Origin: a virus
Lineage: Duplodnaviria > Heunggongvirae > Uroviricota > Caudoviricetes
Reading direction: 5' to 3' (one strand)
DNA length: 64,000 nt
IMG/VR virus record: IMGVR_UViG_3300041409_000458
Positions 44,550 through 53,763 of this stretch are shown one piece after another. Position 1 is the stretch's first letter, and the number at the start of each line of letters is the position of its first letter. Position numbers and translations under genes: made by a program. The notes beneath the pieces were generated by a model that saw nothing but the letters and a program-made list of their open reading frames with translations, made no database searches and was not told the origin of the DNA.

Positions 44550-44807
44550 TTGTTAACAAATGAAGAATTATTTGGAATAGGCAGAATGTCATCATATATT
44601 TGTGTCATGACATTCAGACAGTTAACAAATGATTTAATGCTACAGGGATGGAGGGCATATTACGTAGAGGATGTTGAGTCTCTGACTAGGGGGCACAAGT
44701 TAAATACGCTTGCTATACGGAATCTGATTGAGATTCAGGTATATGAGGGCAAGAACATTCTTTTCGTAAAGACGGTTCATCCACCAAAAACAGAAAGTAA
44801 TGGTTAA
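44550..44807 (+). CDS. hypothetical protein (first gene of plus-strand block)
   Basis: 85 aa ORF. Confidence 0.35.
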   Translation: MLTNEELFGIGRMSSYICVMTFRQLTNDLMLQGWRAYYVEDVESLTRGHKLNTLAIRNLIEIQVYEGKNILFVKTVHPPKTESNG

Positions 44808-45018
44808 AAAGTACATCAGCCAATCAGGCGTAACCATAGAGATTGGAGATTTCTATGGAGGAGGTCCAGATGAGCATGTTGTCTCTCTAGAGGAGAAAGA
44901 GAAGCAGCTTTATATCTCGACAAATCTTGACATTCATATTATTGACCTTAGAGCAGGGGATTATCTTGGTATGCAGGATGGTTCTGGCAAGTTAGTTAAA
45001 CCTAAAGAAAGTATATGA
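44800..45018 (+). CDS. hypothetical protein
   Basis: 72 aa ORF with start/stop overlap to neighbours. Confidence 0.35.
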   Translation: MVKKYISQSGVTIEIGDFYGGGPDEHVVSLEEKEKQLYISTNLDIHIIDLRAGDYLGMQDGSGKLVKPKESI

Positions 45019-45578
45019 ACGAAGTTTATACAGACTTAGAGAAGCAACCTTTTAAACAGGTAGTGGATGAGGTTGGGATAAAGGACCCAACTAAGCTTTT
45101 AAAGCTAGTTCCAAATAATCCAAGATATTTTACTCCTTCTCTAGAGGATATCAGGGTAGGATATGAATGTGAATGGTTACAAGACCCTGCATTTGAAAAA
45201 TGGATTCCTTTTACAGTAGCTTTGAGTAATATAGGATTATTACTAAAGAATGACCAATCTGGATTAAATTTCGGTATACGAGTTCCTTATCTCTCAAAAG
45301 AGCAGATAGAAGCAGAGGGTTGGGTTAAGCAGGATAATAACTTTAATGAAACTCAAAGGTTAGCTTGGATTCCAGATTATGAGTTGAAAACAGACTTTGG
45401 CTCCTTACGCTTGTACATCTCTAATAAGGACAAACCTTGGGAGAATATAACGATTGAAAAATATACAAAGTCAGATGTCAATGACGCATTTTCAATGTCC
45501 AGTAAATGGGTAGTTTACAGGGGGCAATGCAAAGACATAAACACATTTAGGTACATTTGTAAATTATTAAACATATAA
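45015..45578 (+). CDS. hypothetical protein carrying KDPTKLLKLVPNNPR motif shared with the putative major capsid protein C-terminus
   Basis: 187 aa; residues 21-37 GIKDPTKLLKLVPNNPR vs MCP C-terminus VKDPTKLLKLVPKNPR; nucleotide sequences differ at synonymous sites. Confidence 0.45.
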   Translation: MNEVYTDLEKQPFKQVVDEVGIKDPTKLLKLVPNNPRYFTPSLEDIRVGYECEWLQDPAFEKWIPFTVALSNIGLLLKNDQSGLNFGIRVPYLSKEQIEAEGWVKQDNNFNETQRLAWIPDYELKTDFGSLRLYISNKDKPWENITIEKYTKSDVNDAFSMSSKWVVYRGQCKDINTFRYICKLLNI

Positions 45579-45799
45579 GTGAAGAAACAACAGCAGTAGT
45601 TGAAGTTAAAAAAGATGCTCCTTCTCCAATCAAAGAGATTTGTGATGTTATTACAACTCTAGAAGATTTGCTGACGGCAGTTAAGCCCATGAAGAAGGAT
45701 GGGTTTCAGGAGGGAACAATTTGGATGCCAGCACTTTCGAGAGAAAGCCAGATTAAAATTGAAGAGAAGTTAATGTATTTTGTAGAAAAACTTAAATAA

Positions 45800-46468
45800 A
45801 TGAATATACACGTAAAAGACATACTAAAGAACAACCTTGGAATTCTTATTATAGGGATAGCATTCCTTATATTTTGGTTTGGTGGTTATGGGAAGAACAC
45901 AGGGAACCAGAAACCAGATACTCATGATACGGTTACAACGACTACACAGGTCCTGCAGCCTATGATTATCAATCCTCCTTACACACCTCAGCAGCAGGGG
46001 AACACAGTATTCCCAATTAATATCCCAGCACAATACAATGCTTCTGCAGATATAGCCAAATTGACAGCTCAGTATGAAGAATTAGTTAAGAATTTCTTGG
46101 CTTTAAAGAACTACAAGGACTCTATTACTCTAAAGGACACAGCTGGAAACAGGGTTGGAGTAGTTAATCTTGACCAAGTAGTATCAGAGAACACTCTAAA
46201 GTCTACACAGTCCTCATATCAGCTTTATTTTCCAAAGACAGTTACAACTATAACCAATACAATTTATCCTAAAATCAAGAATCAGTGGTTCTTGGGAGCT
46301 CAGGGTTCATCTACAGTTGGGAATCCGAATATAAATCTGGGATTGGGGTTATTATTAAAGAACAAGAAAGAAAACATCCTACAATTGGGTGTTGGATATA
46401 ACTTAACAAACAAACAACCTCAGGTATTTTTGGGTTATTACCAGAAGATACGCTTGGGTAAAAACTAA
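45800..46468 (+). CDS. membrane-anchored beta-rich protein
   Basis: 222 aa; N-terminal TM LGILIIGIAFLIFWFGG; G/N/T-rich C-terminus. Confidence 0.4.
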   Translation: MNIHVKDILKNNLGILIIGIAFLIFWFGGYGKNTGNQKPDTHDTVTTTTQVLQPMIINPPYTPQQQGNTVFPINIPAQYNASADIAKLTAQYEELVKNFLALKNYKDSITLKDTAGNRVGVVNLDQVVSENTLKSTQSSYQLYFPKTVTTITNTIYPKIKNQWFLGAQGSSTVGNPNINLGLGLLLKNKKENILQLGVGYNLTNKQPQVFLGYYQKIRLGKN

Positions 46469-46472
46469 AATT

Positions 46473-46910
46473 ATGTTAGAAGAACTATTTAAGTTTCCAG
46501 TTGTCATGGTTGATGGTGACAATGAAGAGAGAAAATTTAGGCAGAAGGCAAAGCTTGATGCATTGGGTATGAGTAATTCAGAGGAAGAGGATGAGGATTA
46601 TGATGTAATAGAAGTAGAGGCTGAGTATCCTTATTGGAATGTGGTAGGAATAGAAGACAGATGGTTACCAACTAGAAAATCCTTTACAAAAGCAATGGAG
46701 GGTAGATTTGAAGCTTGCCTTGTACGTTTTACACATGGTGTCTATACTGTACCTTGGACCAAGAAGAAGTTCAAAGCAGAGCTATTAAAGTTTGCTGAGG
46801 AATATAAAGCTGCAAACAAGGAAGAACAAATTGTCCCTAAGTTAGTTAAGATTAAAACTGTATCTAAGGAAGATTACGAAAAAATAGTGGGTGATGGAAC
46901 AGATAAATAA
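46473..46910 (+). CDS. hypothetical protein
   Basis: 145 aa ORF. Confidence 0.4.
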   Translation: MLEELFKFPVVMVDGDNEERKFRQKAKLDALGMSNSEEEDEDYDVIEVEAEYPYWNVVGIEDRWLPTRKSFTKAMEGRFEACLVRFTHGVYTVPWTKKKFKAELLKFAEEYKAANKEEQIVPKLVKIKTVSKEDYEKIVGDGTDK

Positions 46911-47445
46911 TTATTTTCATGTAACATATGAAAAAGAGGGATTGGATAGTACTAATCTGATTAACCAGATAGCCAAGAGTGGCTGGGTAGACAATGAGAT
47001 GACAATCATAAATTGTTCTCCGGATTATTCATCAAGGCTTACACAGATGGTGAATCACAAATTGTCCTATCTAAATGCCAATGAGACATTTGAGGTAATA
47101 GATTTACCAATGCCTTATCCTATAATGTTCCAGATTTGGGACACTCAGGAGAGGAAATTCATTCAGTTCGACAGATATCTGTTCGACTGGGTGAGGAAAT
47201 ATATCCTGCCAAATGGTAAGTACTTGTTCTTGGATAGTGGAACCTTAAGAGGTAAGAACTTCACGAAGGTTTATCAGGCTATTAAGGATAAGGTTGACAG
47301 GGATAAAATCAAGTTTGCATCACTTTACCTCGAGAGTGACAGCATATTCACACCTGATTTCTTCGTTCAGAAGTTTGACAAGGAGAAACAGGGAGGATTA
47401 TTATTTGAATGGGAAAACGTAAACAACCCGAATTGGGATTATTAA
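46891..47445 (+). CDS. hypothetical protein
   Basis: 184 aa ORF. Confidence 0.4.
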   Translation: MMEQINNYFHVTYEKEGLDSTNLINQIAKSGWVDNEMTIINCSPDYSSRLTQMVNHKLSYLNANETFEVIDLPMPYPIMFQIWDTQERKFIQFDRYLFDWVRKYILPNGKYLFLDSGTLRGKNFTKVYQAIKDKVDRDKIKFASLYLESDSIFTPDFFVQKFDKEKQGGLLFEWENVNNPNWDY

Positions 47446-47462
47446 TAAAACAAACAACAACA

Positions 47463-47789
47463 ATGGCAAAGCAAAATCAGGGTATTAACAATGTAGATAC
47501 CAAAGACATGGAACAAATGAGAACGAAAGTAGTAGAACAGGAGTTATCTGCTCGTTCATGGAAAGCTTACTACGAGAAGATGTATTATTCTCTGGAAGCA
47601 GAAAAGCTGGAGAAGCCTTATAAGGAGCTTCAGGAGAGAATGAATGAACGTATTAAGAAAGAGAAGGAAGAATACGAAGCATTCATTAAGAAGATGCAGG
47701 AAACTCTTAAGGATGTAAATGTTGACAATCCACTGGGTGAAGTAGCAATTGAGGAAAAAGAAACTACTCCAGTAATTCAAATGAACTAA
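47463..47789 (+). CDS. coiled-coil protein (start at Met preceded by conserved AACAACAACAATG motif)
   Basis: Internal MAKQNQ start sits behind the late-gene start motif; K/E-rich helical sequence. Confidence 0.35.
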   Translation: MAKQNQGINNVDTKDMEQMRTKVVEQELSARSWKAYYEKMYYSLEAEKLEKPYKELQERMNERIKKEKEEYEAFIKKMQETLKDVNVDNPLGEVAIEEKETTPVIQMN

Positions 47790-47791
47790 TT

Positions 47792-48241
47792 ATGCCAATA
47801 GATAAGAAATCACAACATGTTGGTAATCATGGTGGTGTGTACACTGACAATGATGGTCAAACCAAACAGTTTACCTATGTTGACCATGACAAGAAATCCA
47901 GAATATCTGCCCACATGTCCTCAAAAGAGTCTTTGGAGGAGTTAAAGAAGAAGTTAGATGAGTATACCCAAGATAGCATTGAATTTGTTCTACTCATGCC
48001 AGCTATTAATATAGTGGATGCATCAAGTGGTATATATAATCACCTTGTTAAAATGGAGGGTACAGAAGTAGTATGGATAGAAGAAGAGGTCAGAAAGCAC
48101 TTGACAGACAGTCCCAACAGTTTCTTACCAACTATGATATGGAGGAGAACAGTACCAGAAATTCATTGGTTTCATCCTGCGTGGATGAATAGTGAAAAGG
48201 ACTTTTTCAAAAAGGGAGAGTGGAAGAATTTACTCCCATAA
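47792..48241 (+). CDS. hypothetical protein
   Basis: 149 aa ORF. Confidence 0.4.
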   Translation: MPIDKKSQHVGNHGGVYTDNDGQTKQFTYVDHDKKSRISAHMSSKESLEELKKKLDEYTQDSIEFVLLMPAINIVDASSGIYNHLVKMEGTEVVWIEEEVRKHLTDSPNSFLPTMIWRRTVPEIHWFHPAWMNSEKDFFKKGEWKNLLP

Positions 48242-48249
48242 GTTATTTT

Positions 48250-48299
48250 AACTTTCCAAGTTTATAATTGAAATAAATTTGGAAAGTTAATTTATTTTT
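48250..48299 (+). terminator. rho-independent terminator
   Basis: aactttccaa-N19-ttggaaagtt 10 bp inverted repeat followed by aatttattttt. Confidence 0.45.
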
Positions 48300-48325
48300 A
48301 GTATATTATCTTTATAAAACCAACA

Positions 48326-48694
48326 ATGGTAATCAAATCATTTTTAGACAAGGTGTTATTGCCCGATAAGAGGGATGTTCTGAGGATACATTTGTATCTG
48401 AAGTTTTTGCAATATGGGGTTCATCCGTATGAGAATGACCTTAATATAGTAATAGAACTATATACATTTGGAGGATACACAAATTCTCAGAAGCAGGAGG
48501 AGTTCTTTGACTTATGTTTGGAGAAGAAGTACAAAAAGAGTAGGCAATCCATTAGGAATACCCTCTCGAAGTATACTAATCTAGGTGTATTTGAGAAACC
48601 AAGGAACACTTCGTTATCTGTTTCCTCTAAGTATATCCCTGCAATTGAATTTGATAGGTTACTACTACAGCACACGATAACACATGCAAACTAA
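48326..48694 (+). CDS. hypothetical protein
   Basis: 122 aa; preceded by ataaaaccaacaATG motif. Confidence 0.4.
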   Translation: MVIKSFLDKVLLPDKRDVLRIHLYLKFLQYGVHPYENDLNIVIELYTFGGYTNSQKQEEFFDLCLEKKYKKSRQSIRNTLSKYTNLGVFEKPRNTSLSVSSKYIPAIEFDRLLLQHTITHAN

Positions 48695-49106
48695 TCATCA
48701 GGATATATACTCGGCCTTGGCAAAAGAGAAGGATAAAAGTGAGCAAGTGTATAAAGATATTGGTTCATTCATTTTCCGTGAAACTGCAAGGATGCTCAAA
48801 GACCCTACATCTTTGATATTAAAGTTGAAAGGTGTAGGTTCTTGGCGTCTAAGAAAGAAGAGAATGGATATCATTATAAATGAATGTGCTGATAGAGGGT
48901 TAGTTCGTCCACGGGATGAGTTTCCTTCTGATGAATCTTACAACATTTACCTTGAAAAACATATTCAATACAATAACTTTAAGGAGAGATTGAAGGAATA
49001 TGACAAGTACATGACAATTAAGAAACAAATAAAAGAAAAAAGAAATGCGACTCAAGTATTATTGGAACCTAATTCAGGGGAAGACGAACGCTTTAAATCC
49101 AGCTAA
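48684..49106 (+). CDS. hypothetical protein
   Basis: 140 aa ORF. Confidence 0.4.
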   Translation: MQTNHQDIYSALAKEKDKSEQVYKDIGSFIFRETARMLKDPTSLILKLKGVGSWRLRKKRMDIIINECADRGLVRPRDEFPSDESYNIYLEKHIQYNNFKERLKEYDKYMTIKKQIKEKRNATQVLLEPNSGEDERFKSS

Positions 49107-49380
49107 GCTTAATTGGGAGAATATATATGCAGTAATTCAAAGCTGGGTACGTTCAATCTACACTAAGAAGCATATCAAAGAGCAAATAGCTTGGAGAAGG
49201 AAGCAGGTTGAGTTACTCTCTCCAGAGTGTATGAAACAGGGTCATTGTATTCAGTGTGGATGTGAGATTATGGGGAAGACTAAAGCTGATATGGGATGTG
49301 AAAATCCTCCTTATTGCTTTCCTGAGATGATGAACAAGAAAGATTGGAAAGATTTTAAGTTAACCCATCCATTATTATAA
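49045..49380 (+). CDS. hypothetical Cys-rich protein
   Basis: 111 aa; CIQCGCEIMG...GCENPPYC; overlaps upstream ORF by 62 nt so start uncertain. Confidence 0.3.
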   Translation: MRLKYYWNLIQGKTNALNPAKLNWENIYAVIQSWVRSIYTKKHIKEQIAWRRKQVELLSPECMKQGHCIQCGCEIMGKTKADMGCENPPYCFPEMMNKKDWKDFKLTHPLL

Positions 49381-49390
49381 AACCAACAAT

Positions 49391-49663
49391 ATGTTAGGAA
49401 GGAAAATAAAAACAGAATTAGAAGGTAAACGAGACCTTCTGTACAAAAAGCTCAAAGATTTGGATACTTCTCGTAATAGATTAGAATCAGACATTGAAGA
49501 GACTGTAGATAAGATAGCCAGAGAGGAAAGGAAGACTCTACAACCTAAGATGTATTACGATTTACTAGATGAGTATGTAACAGTAGAAGAGTTTATAGAG
49601 TATGAGGCATTTTTTAATCAAAGAATTCCAGATTTATCAACAGATTTAACTTCGATATGTTAA
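49391..49663 (+). CDS. hypothetical coiled-coil protein
   Basis: 90 aa; preceded by tataaaaccaacaatATG motif. Confidence 0.4.
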   Translation: MLGRKIKTELEGKRDLLYKKLKDLDTSRNRLESDIEETVDKIAREERKTLQPKMYYDLLDEYVTVEEFIEYEAFFNQRIPDLSTDLTSIC

Positions 49664-49959
49664 CAGCTAGTCCTACATCAATAAACCTTGGTAGTATTCC
49701 ATTCGGAAAACCACACAAGTTTCAGTTTACAGTTAAAAATGAAGGATGTGAACCTATACAAATAACAAAATTATGGGTTGGGTGCTCATCCTGCACTAAA
49801 GCTGAAGTTAAGAAAGCAATGCTCGCAGATGGAGAATGTACTACAGTAGATGTGACATTTACTCCCGGAAGTATTGGGATACAAAATAAGAATGTTCAAG
49901 TTCAATGGAATGAAGATAAAGTAATAAAGCTGTCATTTACAGCAGAATCATATGCATAA
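49657..49959 (+). CDS. DUF1573-like Ig-fold protein (Bacteroidota-typical)
   Basis: 100 aa; INLGSIPFGKPHKFQFTVKNEGCEPIQITKLWVGCSSCT...VDVTFTPGSIG...VQVQWNE matches the DUF1573 pattern. Confidence 0.5.
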   Translation: MLTASPTSINLGSIPFGKPHKFQFTVKNEGCEPIQITKLWVGCSSCTKAEVKKAMLADGECTTVDVTFTPGSIGIQNKNVQVQWNEDKVIKLSFTAESYA

Positions 49960-50752
49960 GGTAAAATTCATAGAGGAGAGCCATCAATACATTTCGGATG
50001 ATAATAGGGAATTAATCTCTGTGTCAGCCTTTACGGAACGCTTTAAGAATAAAGTGGACTGGAAAGCCGTTGCTACGAAGGTGGCAGCCAAGAAAACAAG
50101 ACAAGGAGAACCAACAACCACTGAGGAGGTCCTAGCTAAGTGGGAGAGAAAGAGGGATTTAGCTGCAGCTATTGGTACGAACTACCACAGCTTCAGAGAA
50201 ATGGATGCTCACGACACTCCCAACTTCTATGACATCAAATGTGATGTTGAATTTTGCCCTATTATTGAAAACAACAAATGGTCTATTCCCATTAATCAGT
50301 TGAAGAATAATACTGAGTATAGGGAATTGATGATATATGACATGGATTATATGATTTGTGGTCAGGCTGACAAGGTTATTGTGGTGAACAAAAAGATTAA
50401 TATCTGGGATTACAAGACAGATGCCAAGATTGATTTCAAAGCTTTCTCTTCTAAATGGGTGGAACCAGCTATGATGTTACATCCACTATCTCATCTAGAG
50501 GAATGTAATGCTAACATATACTCAATTAAGATGTCGATGTATATGTATCTTCTTTGGAAATCCAATAGGGGAATGCTCAAACCCGGAGATATTATCTTGG
50601 AGCACATTCATCTCCAGAGAGACCCTGATAATGATAATTTGCCCGTGCTGGACCAGAACAACAGACCTATCGTATTAAAAATTGAAAAGATAAAGCTTCC
50701 ATACAGAAAGAAAGAAGTGATGGATATGCTTGAAACATTAAAAACCAAGTAA
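49952..50752 (+). CDS. PD-(D/E)xK (RecB/Cas4-like) nuclease
   Basis: 266 aa; MICGQADKVIVVNKKINIWDYKTD carries the G.aD...(I/V)xDYKT nuclease motif. Confidence 0.5.
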   Translation: MHKVKFIEESHQYISDDNRELISVSAFTERFKNKVDWKAVATKVAAKKTRQGEPTTTEEVLAKWERKRDLAAAIGTNYHSFREMDAHDTPNFYDIKCDVEFCPIIENNKWSIPINQLKNNTEYRELMIYDMDYMICGQADKVIVVNKKINIWDYKTDAKIDFKAFSSKWVEPAMMLHPLSHLEECNANIYSIKMSMYMYLLWKSNRGMLKPGDIILEHIHLQRDPDNDNLPVLDQNNRPIVLKIEKIKLPYRKKEVMDMLETLKTK

Positions 50753-50982
50753 TGGAACATTACGAACGAAACCCTGATGACATGATATTTGAAGCAAACT
50801 CACCACTAATATTCGTAGGACAGAAGAAAGCTGAGTATCAGCCGGAACAGAAAATCTTTAAGATGCTAGATATTCCCAGATGTCTTGAAGAACCTATCAG
50901 AATGGACCTTGTAAACAAAGGGCTGAATCTGGATGACTATAAAATAACAGTTGAGGTAAAGATAACAGCAACAAAGCTATGA
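50752..50982 (+). CDS. hypothetical protein (possible small terminase-associated)
   Basis: 76 aa ORF immediately upstream of terminase. Confidence 0.3.
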   Translation: MEHYERNPDDMIFEANSPLIFVGQKKAEYQPEQKIFKMLDIPRCLEEPIRMDLVNKGLNLDDYKITVEVKITATKL

Positions 50983-51482
50983 TACCAAGAATATTAGAAT
51001 ATGAAGAAGGCAGGATTAAAGTAACAGCAGAGGCTTATGCCATACCAGAGATAAACAAAATTATCCAGAAGTATGATTATGAGAATTGTGAAGCGTATTT
51101 GACCTATGTTGCTTATTTATCATATCCTGATTCTCCTTATATTAATCTTCCGGAGAATGAAAGAACAGAGTCTGCTTTATTTGATGTGAAGGAGACCTTT
51201 GGAGAATTCGATGAAAATGATGCTTTAATACCTCCGGCAGTTGAAAAGCTACAGGGTTTATATAAATCTGCAGCTGTACTTGCAGCAGATGAAATGGAAC
51301 AGGAATTACACAGATGGAGAATATACCTCAGAGACACTCCAATGGGAGGAGAAATGAAAGACCGTATCTCTATAGTAGATAAATTCGAAAAAGTAGCAGC
51401 TTCCGCAGCCAATCTAAGAAAAATAGCCGATGATGAGATTGGAGGAGCTATGAAAGGTAATAATGAACTCGGTGCATATTAA
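50979..51482 (+). CDS. hypothetical protein (candidate terminase small subunit by position)
   Basis: 167 aa acidic ORF directly upstream of large terminase. Confidence 0.3.
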   Translation: MIPRILEYEEGRIKVTAEAYAIPEINKIIQKYDYENCEAYLTYVAYLSYPDSPYINLPENERTESALFDVKETFGEFDENDALIPPAVEKLQGLYKSAAVLAADEMEQELHRWRIYLRDTPMGGEMKDRISIVDKFEKVAASAANLRKIADDEIGGAMKGNNELGAY

Positions 51483-51484
51483 TT

Positions 51485-53761
51485 ATGTTTTGGAAATTTC
51501 CACTTAAAATACAGACGTATACCTCGGAGAACCAACAATGGGGAACTAGAATCTTTGAAACACCTGATGAATTTACTAATTATGTAGAGAGTCAGTTTAA
51601 GGAATCTCCAGAGCATTATAATTTGCATGATGTACAGAGCTTTCAGATAGAAGGTTTAAAGTACACTGTAGAAGATGAGAAATCTGGTAGACCAAACTTT
51701 GAGGGTGGAGTTTATACAAAAGCTCTTAAAGGTACACATCACAGAAAAAGATACTTTCAGAATGAGAAAGACAAGGTATTAAACGGAGTTATTGTAGATG
51801 AATTCTACATTCCTCCATTCTATTACTGGTATCTTAACTTCTGTCCTATCTATGATGCTGTTAAAAAGGTAACAAGACTCCCGGACGTGTGGGATGGTGA
51901 CTTGTGGTACATGCATTATTGTATGCTTGCCATATTAAAAGGAAGGCATATAGGTGGTGTAAAAGGAAGGCAGAAGGGTTATTCCTACAAGCACATGGCA
52001 ATTCTTTATTGGTCATACTGTTGGTTCGAAAGGTCCGTAAATACTATTGGTGCCTTTGATGAAAACTTAGTTAAGAAGAGTTGGAGATTCCTTGAAGGGT
52101 ATCGTAAGCACATAAATACAAAGACAGATTGGAAAAGAGGACCTGTTATCCCTAAAACTCTTGAGTGGCATGAGGTTACTATGGGTCAGGATAACAATAC
52201 TTATGGAAATCATGCAAAATTAAAAGGTGTAACCTTTAAACAAACACCATTTAATGATGTGGGTGGTGCTCAGACTTTCTTCAATTATGAAGAGCCGGGG
52301 GTATCTCCAACATTACTTGATACAATCGAAGCTACTCGACCTGCACTCGAAAGGGGTTCTCTGACAACAGGTATTATTATTGCCTGTGGTTCAGTGGGTG
52401 AACTGGATGATGCTGCTGGTATTAAAGCAATTTTCTATACTCCGGAGGATTATAACTTCCTGAGTGTCAAGAATATATGGGATAAGAATCCTGAAAGAGA
52501 AAGATGTTGCATATTTATCTCTGAAGCATACAATATGGATGGTGTGGATGATTTAACAGGTCAACCTTTCATGGATAAGAATGGTAACTCCAATGTCAAA
52601 TTGTCGTTAGAGTGGATAGCCAGAGTCGAAGAGAAGATTAAAAATTCTTCCAAAAGAGCTGACCTTAAGCAATTACAGTTATCTCAGAAGTGTATTTCTC
52701 CTGAACAAGCATTTGCTCAGAGAAAAATGTCAGAGTTCCCCGTGGAACTATTGAAAAAGCAACAGGAACGTATCAAGCTCAAAGAAGAAACCAATGCTTG
52801 GGAGTTCAAACCAAAGAAAGGTCTCTTTGCTGAAGGGGTGGATGGAAAGATTATACTTTCTGATTTCAGACTTCCGGAAGAGCACAGATATCCAATCAAT
52901 CCTGAGTGGGAAGACAAAAGAGGAGTTTGGACTATATATGAACCACCTGATGAGGATGCTGAATTCTTTACATATTTTGCCTGTGTCGATGCCATTGAGG
53001 TGGACCAGACAGACACATCTGCATCTATTGCTTCAGTGGATATATTCAAAACTTCAGTAGAGGTTACTTATAGAGATACAAATGGAAAGATATCAAAGCG
53101 TATAGAAGGCGATAAACTCGTTGCAACCTATAGGGGAAGGTTTGACACAGCCAGAAAGACAAACGAGCAGATATGGCTTGGTTTAAAGTTATACAATGCT
53201 TTTACCTATGCTGAGCGTAATAAGCCAAACTTTATCAATTACATGAGAGAAATAGGTAAGGCTGAAAAGTATTTGGCTAAGGAACAAGACGTTCCATTAT
53301 TCAAGGATTTGAATGTGAAGAGTGGAAATGGAGCAAATAACTCTAAGTTCGGTTTTCACAAGGGTGACAACACAGAGATATGGAAATATTTCAAGGCTTA
53401 TACCAAAGAGTATTTCCACACAGAATATAACAGAACCTCTTTTGAGGGTAAGGATGGTAACGAAAAGATAATAAAGTTATTCACAGGTATTGATAGGATT
53501 GATGATTATTGGCTACTTGAGGAATTTATAAGGTATGTGGAGGTGAAAGGAAAGATTGTAGGTAACTATGATAGACTGGTATCCTTTATGGGAGCTTTGT
53601 TTATCTGTAAGATATATCAACAGAATCGTTACATAAAAAGAAAATCAGAGATAGTTGAAGAAAAAAGGCCAGAATATAGGCCACCAAGGAGAACCGACAT
53701 GCTGGGGGGAACATTATACAAAACAATGGGTAAACCCCGTAAACCCCACTCAATGATATAA
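51485..53761 (+). CDS. terL: terminase large subunit
   Basis: 758 aa; deviant Walker A with terminase-typical RQ (GGVKGRQKGYS); acidic residues in C-terminal region consistent with RNase H-like nuclease domain; position upstream of portal. Confidence 0.65.
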   Translation: MFWKFPLKIQTYTSENQQWGTRIFETPDEFTNYVESQFKESPEHYNLHDVQSFQIEGLKYTVEDEKSGRPNFEGGVYTKALKGTHHRKRYFQNEKDKVLNGVIVDEFYIPPFYYWYLNFCPIYDAVKKVTRLPDVWDGDLWYMHYCMLAILKGRHIGGVKGRQKGYSYKHMAILYWSYCWFERSVNTIGAFDENLVKKSWRFLEGYRKHINTKTDWKRGPVIPKTLEWHEVTMGQDNNTYGNHAKLKGVTFKQTPFNDVGGAQTFFNYEEPGVSPTLLDTIEATRPALERGSLTTGIIIACGSVGELDDAAGIKAIFYTPEDYNFLSVKNIWDKNPERERCCIFISEAYNMDGVDDLTGQPFMDKNGNSNVKLSLEWIARVEEKIKNSSKRADLKQLQLSQKCISPEQAFAQRKMSEFPVELLKKQQERIKLKEETNAWEFKPKKGLFAEGVDGKIILSDFRLPEEHRYPINPEWEDKRGVWTIYEPPDEDAEFFTYFACVDAIEVDQTDTSASIASVDIFKTSVEVTYRDTNGKISKRIEGDKLVATYRGRFDTARKTNEQIWLGLKLYNAFTYAERNKPNFINYMREIGKAEKYLAKEQDVPLFKDLNVKSGNGANNSKFGFHKGDNTEIWKYFKAYTKEYFHTEYNRTSFEGKDGNEKIIKLFTGIDRIDDYWLLEEFIRYVEVKGKIVGNYDRLVSFMGALFICKIYQQNRYIKRKSEIVEEKRPEYRPPRRTDMLGGTLYKTMGKPRKPHSMI

Positions 53762-53763
53762 CT

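Noticed and set aside
44414-44608. 64 aa minus-strand ORF spanning the strand-switch intergenic region
   Set aside because: Overlaps the start of the first plus-strand gene and the divergent promoter region; likely spurious.
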